The position numbers and the translations under genes are program-made. Positions 61,461 to 64,000 of a stretch of 64,000 bases of DNA are shown in pieces. Source of the DNA: an uncultured cyanobacterium (GTDB taxonomy: Bacteria > Cyanobacteriota > Cyanobacteriia > Phormidesmidales > Phormidesmidaceae). Position 1 is the first letter of the stretch; every line of letters begins with the position of its first letter. Location of the stretch: assembly GCA_963793265.1 (NCBI GenBank), contig CAWBZI010000001.1, forward strand, positions 1,824,001 through 1,888,000. Direction: 5' to 3'. The notes beneath the pieces are model-generated. The model did no database searches. It was given only the letters and a program-made list of their open reading frames with translations, and had not been told where the DNA came from.

Positions 61461-62999
61461 TTAGAACCTTTGGCCAATGTAGACCGAGCGCACTTCACCA
61501 TCGCGGCGAACCTGTACGTCTTGACCGTTCACCGACACGAGCGTCCAGTCAGAAACGCCAATGCGATCGCCCACATAAGCCCGCTGCGAATTACCATCTA
61601 CATTAAACAAAGCTGCCGATCGACTGCCCAAATTCAAGATCCCAACCAAGGCGTGTTCAGAATTTGGCGTAACGTTCGTAATAGCAGCGGCTGCGTTCGT
61701 AGGGGCTACCGCGATTGTTGTGCTAGGGGCAGGGGTTGGTAAACTGCCAGCGCCCACTGGCACGATAGGAATAGAAGGCGTGGCGTTGCTAGGTGCGCCG
61801 GGTGGAATAGCAGCGGCAGCGGCGACAGGTGCGGGAACGGGAACCGTGGGTTTTTGAGCCTGGCTAGGCAGCGCGACTGCTGGAAGTGGAGGGGCGACAG
61901 GTGCGGGCGCAGCGGCCTGAGCGCTGTTTTGATTTTGGTAGACCGGTACGAATACGCGCTCAATTACGTTGGCAGCGGCTTTTGCACCAGGCAGGTTAGG
62001 CAGTACGCCAACAGGCGCTGCTGGGTTCGTATTCGGGACTGTCGTAGGCACCGTAGGCGCGCTATTAACGACAGGAAGCACGGCAACGGTTTGATTCGCT
62101 TGAGCTTCGCGAGCGCTAATGACATCTATCGATTGCTGCAAATAGGCCAGAAAGTCTTCGGTTGAATTATCTGGTAGCTCTGCAGCAGCAGCTTCTCTGT
62201 TGAGTGAAAGCAGCCAGCCGTTGTTGGGTGCGTTTTGGCTCAGCGTCCAAAGCCCTAAGCTGCTGACGGCTGAAATACTCGCCGCGCCGATGAGGAGAAA
62301 GGGTAGAGAAACCGGCTGAGACTGTGGCTTTGCCCGAGGCTCAAAGATAGTTTGCGGGGGTCTAGCTGAGGCGTTCGCTAATGTTAGCTCTGTATAGGAC
62401 TGCTCGGGATAAAGGTAGTTGGAAATGCTTTGAATAGGCGATGGCTCATCTTGTGGCGCAACGGGCCATCGCGTGTTGGCGGGCGCGCTATAGAGCTGAG
62501 CGTTTGGGGACTGGACTGGGGTTTGAATGACGGCGGTTTGAAGATTGCCTGAGCGGGCAGCCGTTGGACGGGCAGCGGTCACGGGTCTGCCGCCGCCGTA
62601 GCTCATAGAGCGGTTATTGATGGGCTGGCGGCTGAGGTTTATGGCCGAGCTGGTATGTGGAATTGGTTGCGCCTGTCGGCTGGCTGGCTGGCTGGGCTGG
62701 GCGACTGGCCGGTATTCAGGCTGGCGGCTGGCGGCTACGGTAGCGCGGTAGATGTCAGCGGCACTTTGAGGCACAAAGTTATCTGGTAGCTGAACGGTTC
62801 TAGTAGAAGGGTTGATCGGCTTTGCATTGTGATTCACAACCGTCATGTAGCTGCTCAGGTCGCCTTCTAATATCTGATCTACATCTGAGAACAGATCGTC
62901 CATCAAGTCATCGCTGTAGGCGTCCGCCGCTCTAGTTGAGGGCGGCAGCTCTGAACCGAAAGCAGTTTTTTGGCTGTTGGAATGGCTGTTCGAGATCAT
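61461..62999 (-). CDS. Membrane-anchored Pro/Ala-rich protein with a C-terminal PilP/GspC-like beta domain
   Basis: Single TM helix; LVGILNLGSRSAALF...GDRIG..WTLVSV. Confidence 0.65.
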   Translation of the reverse strand: MISNSHSNSQKTAFGSELPPSTRAADAYSDDLMDDLFSDVDQILEGDLSSYMTVVNHNAKPINPSTRTVQLPDNFVPQSAADIYRATVAASRQPEYRPVAQPSQPASRQAQPIPHTSSAINLSRQPINNRSMSYGGGRPVTAARPTAARSGNLQTAVIQTPVQSPNAQLYSAPANTRWPVAPQDEPSPIQSISNYLYPEQSYTELTLANASARPPQTIFEPRAKPQSQPVSLPFLLIGAASISAVSSLGLWTLSQNAPNNGWLLSLNREAAAAELPDNSTEDFLAYLQQSIDVISAREAQANQTVAVLPVVNSAPTVPTTVPNTNPAAPVGVLPNLPGAKAAANVIERVFVPVYQNQNSAQAAAPAPVAPPLPAVALPSQAQKPTVPVPAPVAAAAAIPPGAPSNATPSIPIVPVGAGSLPTPAPSTTIAVAPTNAAAAITNVTPNSEHALVGILNLGSRSAALFNVDGNSQRAYVGDRIGVSDWTLVSVNGQDVQVRRDGEVRSVYIGQRF

Positions 63000-63348
63000 G
63001 ATTCAGCGTGTGGGGTAAAGCTTCTTAAGAGCAGGAACTGGATGAAGCTGGAGCAGAGGAATAGTGACTATTTCGTGGATGATTTGCTGGGTCTTTCGCG
63101 CAAGTCATCCAATTGAAGGGAAGATCATACATCAATCCAAAAGCGACTACAGTGACCGCTATCTCTACTCAAGTTCAGTCCCATCAAACTTCGATGATAT
63201 TTATGCAAACTAATATGCCCGGCTGTCTAATCAACCTATCAAGTTCTAATGTTCAATCTTTCGGACATTACATTGAGGATCTTCCGTTTTGATGGGATTG
63301 AGAGTAGCGGTTCGCTTGGTATGATCTCGTCAGGTTTTGGGTGAATGT

Positions 63349-64000
63349 ATGGCAGGTTTTAGCGCGCCTTTAAGCAAGTTGGTAGCGGTGCTCAATGCAG
63401 ATGTGAAGGGTGGTGATCGCACCGCTACTCTCACGGCTACCGGGATTACGACAGATACCCGACAGGTACAGCCCAATGAGCTTTTTGTAGCGCTAGAGGG
63501 CGAAACGTTTAACGGTCATGATTTTGTGCAGCAGGCGATGGAGAAAGGTGCGATCGCTGCCGTCACACGCCAAAATGCTCTCCCCCACTCGATCAACTAC
63601 CCCTTACTAGAAGTCAGCGACACGCTAGCGGCCTACCAAACTCTGGGTCGGTGGTGGCGTCAGCAAATGCCTGCGCCTGTGATCGCAATTACGGGCTCTG
63701 TTGGCAAAACCACCACTAAAGAACTCGTGGCTGCGGCCCTTGGTCAGTTCGGCTCAGTGCACAAAACGCAGGCGAATAATAACAACGAGATCGGTGTGCC
63801 TAAGACGCTGCTTGGTCTGACTAGCGAGCATAGTTACGCCGTAGTTGAGATGGGAATGCGGGGCCTCGAAGAAATTGCGCTGCTCACTCAAATCGCTCAG
63901 CCTGATATCGCGCTGATTACGAATGTAGGGACGGCTCATATTGGGCGGCTGGGCTCTCGGGAGGCGATCGCCCAGGCCAAATGCGAACTTTTGCGAGAGC
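63349..64000 (+). CDS. murF: UDP-MurNAc-tripeptide--D-Ala-D-Ala ligase, 3'-truncated by the window edge
   Basis: TDTR, LFVALEGETFNGHDF, ITGSVGKTTTKE, NNEIGVP, VEMGMRG, ITNVGTAHIGRLGSRE. Confidence 0.93.
   Translation, partial: MAGFSAPLSKLVAVLNADVKGGDRTATLTATGITTDTRQVQPNELFVALEGETFNGHDFVQQAMEKGAIAAVTRQNALPHSINYPLLEVSDTLAAYQTLGRWWRQQMPAPVIAITGSVGKTTTKELVAAALGQFGSVHKTQANNNNEIGVPKTLLGLTSEHSYAVVEMGMRGLEEIALLTQIAQPDIALITNVGTAHIGRLGSREAIAQAKCELLRE

Overview
Chromosomal segment of a cyanobacterium: the HIP1 octamer GCGATCGC is very frequent, and the rrn ITS carries tRNA-Ile and tRNA-Ala. It holds a complete minus-strand rRNA operon and housekeeping genes (cdsA, ssb, nadC, rlmH, lepB, ffh, partial murF). 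Transport and sugar genes include a polar amino-acid ABC transporter, a Ggt/Agl-type sugar ABC cluster with two binding proteins next to a GH68/32-like hydrolase, and a GH38 alpha-mannosidase. Also present are two RTX proteins, a MazF-type TA pair, an orphan HicB, an orphan N4/N6 methyltransferase, a seven-gene MoxR/DUF58/DUF4350/DUF4129/SpoIIM/RDD cluster of unknown function, and a giant Ser/Thr-His kinase with a convergent response regulator. Signals not visible in the ORF track: (1) base composition flips from G/T-rich to C/A-rich across many HIP1 sites regardless of gene strand; (2) two near-identical 239-bp MITEs with 18-bp TIRs and 8-bp TSDs, each inserted in the loop of a REP-like hairpin; (3) two hidden pseudogenes (PfpI-like and DUF2283); (4) an NtcA-like box in a long intergenic region. 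A small stand-alone protein resembles the archaeo-eukaryotic primase large-subunit C-terminal domain. No CRISPR array or transposase was seen. Family names are from motif recognition only; no searches were run.
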